NCBI GenBank assembly: GCA_010909165.1
Contig: MU008159.1
Span: 2,294,001-2,358,000, forward strand
Length of the DNA stretch: 64,000 nt
From: Anthoceros angustus
Taxonomy: Eukaryota; Plantae; Anthocerotophyta
Reading direction: 5' to 3'
Part shown: one piece after another, positions 61,901 to 64,000 of the stretch
How positions within the stretch are numbered: position 1 is the first letter of the stretch
Layout: every line of letters starts with the position of its first letter
Notes under the pieces: model-generated
The model's input: only the letters and a program-made list of their open reading frames with translations
Told to the model about the DNA's origin: nothing
The model's database searches: none
Position numbers and translations under genes: made by a program

Positions 61901-64000
61901 TCGAAACTCTATACCTATTGCGTCTATTAGAAATTAGCTCGGCGAGGCGCGCTGGCGCTCTGGATTGGCCATTTCATTAGGCGACTTTGCCGCTAATATG
62001 CAAGAACTCGCATATCATTGTATTACAAATCTTTATATGTAGCGCTAATCAGCTTGTCCTAGTGTATCTCCATTGGAATTGCGGCGCAATCCAAAAGGAA
62101 GTACACTAGGATTCTACCTAGATTCGCAGGTTGCTATAAAATTTTTCAACCGTATACTCCTGAGGGTTGAACTCACTACTCCCACTCGCTCTAAAGCTAT
62201 CTAATTGCTTTGTGTCTTGACGGATCATCTTGAGGATTGAGGAGGATCTTGTTCCTCTGAAGATTACATGTGCGTGAGGACTCCGATGAAGGCCTCCAGT
62301 CCTCCGACTCAGAATCCAAAAGGAAGAGTCCTCCGAGACCCCGAACTGAAATGGGATTAGGTAGCAGGCATGTAGGCTAGTTGGGGTTAGATAGGAAAGT
62401 TCCGGACTCTCCTAACCCCGGACCTCGAACATGCTTCTCGTGCGCTCTTTTGAAAGAGCTTTCGTTAATATATCAGGGTTTTCTTGTAGGCACATACTCC
62501 GCCTGTTTCACTAACCTTCCGCTTGCGTTTGGGATCTTGTGTTTGAGCTCGTGAAGTGAGATCAAGATTGGAAGTGAGGAGTCAAAGTGTGAGCTCCTCT
62601 TCACTCGGAAGGTCACCAGAGGATCCTTCAACCTTAGCTAAGGATCTAAATACTCCTATGTGTTTTTCGGTGGAATCACCTCACCGCCATTACACTAATG
62701 ACATTTCGCCCGCAGTCCTTCAACCTCTTCCAGATGGCAAATTGACATTTCAACATTTCAACATGCCTCTACATTTCGGATGTTACGACTAACCATGCTT
62801 CGTGAAATCCCTCAGATTGGTTTTTCAGCACGGCATACTATGTAGATTATCAAGTGAAGGCCTATCGAAACTCTATACCTATTGCGTCTATTAGAAATTA
62901 GCTCGAGGCCGCTTGGCGTCTGGATTGGCCATTTCATTAGGCGACTTTGCTGCTAATATGCAAGAACTCGCATATCATTGTATTACAAATCTTTATATGT
63001 AGCCTGCCAATCAGGCACTTGTCCTAGTGTATCTCCATTGGAATTGCAGAAGGCTGCAATCCAAAAGGAAGTACACTAGGATTCCTACCTAGATTCGCAG
63101 GTTGCTATAAAATTTTTCAACTGGTATACTCCATGGCCTAGGGTTGAACTCACTACTCCAGCCATGGAGTAGCGAGATTGTATACATGTCCTGACCAGGC
63201 CCTTGATGATTCGGCCAATTTTACCCCCTGCAGTCTACCTAACATGCATATATAGCCCTACATGCAATATCTAGAAAAACGGAATTCCCATGGTTCAAGG
63301 AAGTTGCCTTCCTCGAAATAGGTTTCTATCTACATGCTACTTTTCCCAAGGACCAAGGAACATCCTTCCGAAACCCCGACCAAGGACTAGGTTTCTATCT
63401 ACATACCATTTTCCCAAGGACCAAGGAACATCCTTCCGAACCTCAAGACCAAGGACTCGAAATAGGCTTCTATCTACTTGCTACTTTTCCCAAGGACCAA
63501 GGAACATCATTCAAACCCCAAGACCAAGGACTTGAGTCTGCTTTCCCAAACCCCAAAGACCAAGGACTTGAGTCCTACCTATTTGAATAGATAGGACTAC
63601 GGACTCGGTAGCGGACTTGAGCGGCCACCGCTTCTCGGTGTGACCACACCAAGTAAGTCCTCCCATCACCACTTCCTAGGACTCCCCTCTTGTGCGTGGG
63701 AAACTAGGCGAGGTAAGAGGAGCTCTCGCTCACGACATTCGGTGCAAGGAGTCCGGTGAGGTCCTCGGGTTAAACAACATGTTCAAGCCACTTGTTGGAT
63801 GAGAAGCTTGTTTCTTTGAATATGCGGTGGGTCATTGTGCTTCTCCTTCCAAGTCGAGCTCTCAAGAAAGCTGAGCACAGGAGGTGTGCCGGATTGGATA
63901 TGGGAGTCGTGACACTGTAACCATCGACGTTATGTGAGTAGGGAAAGCTTCGAGGCCGTTGGAGCTCTGTAAAATCGCGTAGATAGACTATTCTATTCCT

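Larger units (their letters stand above)
43100..64000 (+). repeat. Nested tandem array of a mosaic unit (copia RNase H remnant, 73-bp subrepeats, PPR fragment, TTTACAAC cluster, GC-rich exons); runs off the window end
   Basis: Anchor CCAATTTTACCC at about 43123, 47540, 48873, 54270 and 63215 gives units of about 4.4, 1.3, 5.4 and 8.9 kb, with internal deletions and duplications. Confidence 0.95.

Overview
Repeat-rich land-plant nuclear DNA. A non-seed plant is my guess from the PLS-class PPR fragments; this is inference. No intact host gene, rRNA, tRNA or CRISPR array was found. Nearly every coding region is frameshifted, and duplicated copies differ mostly by small indels, so low consensus accuracy or an assembly artefact is a real possibility. 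Layout: (1) 0.1-3.2 kb, a DUF7869-type (Sola-like, DDD) transposase remnant; (2) 3235-5344, a 2.1-kb element with perfect 32-bp TIRs and a 4-bp TSD; (3) 5.8-11.2 kb, two rearranged Ty1/copia remnants; (4) from 11510, a CACTA element with a Tnp2 transposase (23.5-26.6 kb), an oppositely oriented second ORF and a captured COP1 WD40 fragment; (5) 28713-42635, a 13.9-kb element of the same TIR family as (2); (6) 43.1-64 kb, a nested tandem array of a mosaic unit carrying PPR fragments. The main finding is in (5): a DUF7869 transposase on the minus strand, plus a divergently oriented, intron-containing gene on the plus strand that joins a ParB/Srx-like domain (GGNH motif) to a bacterial-type beta-class N6/N4 DNA methyltransferase domain. 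All translations across frameshifts were done by eye, and boundaries other than TIR, TSD and PBS positions are approximate.
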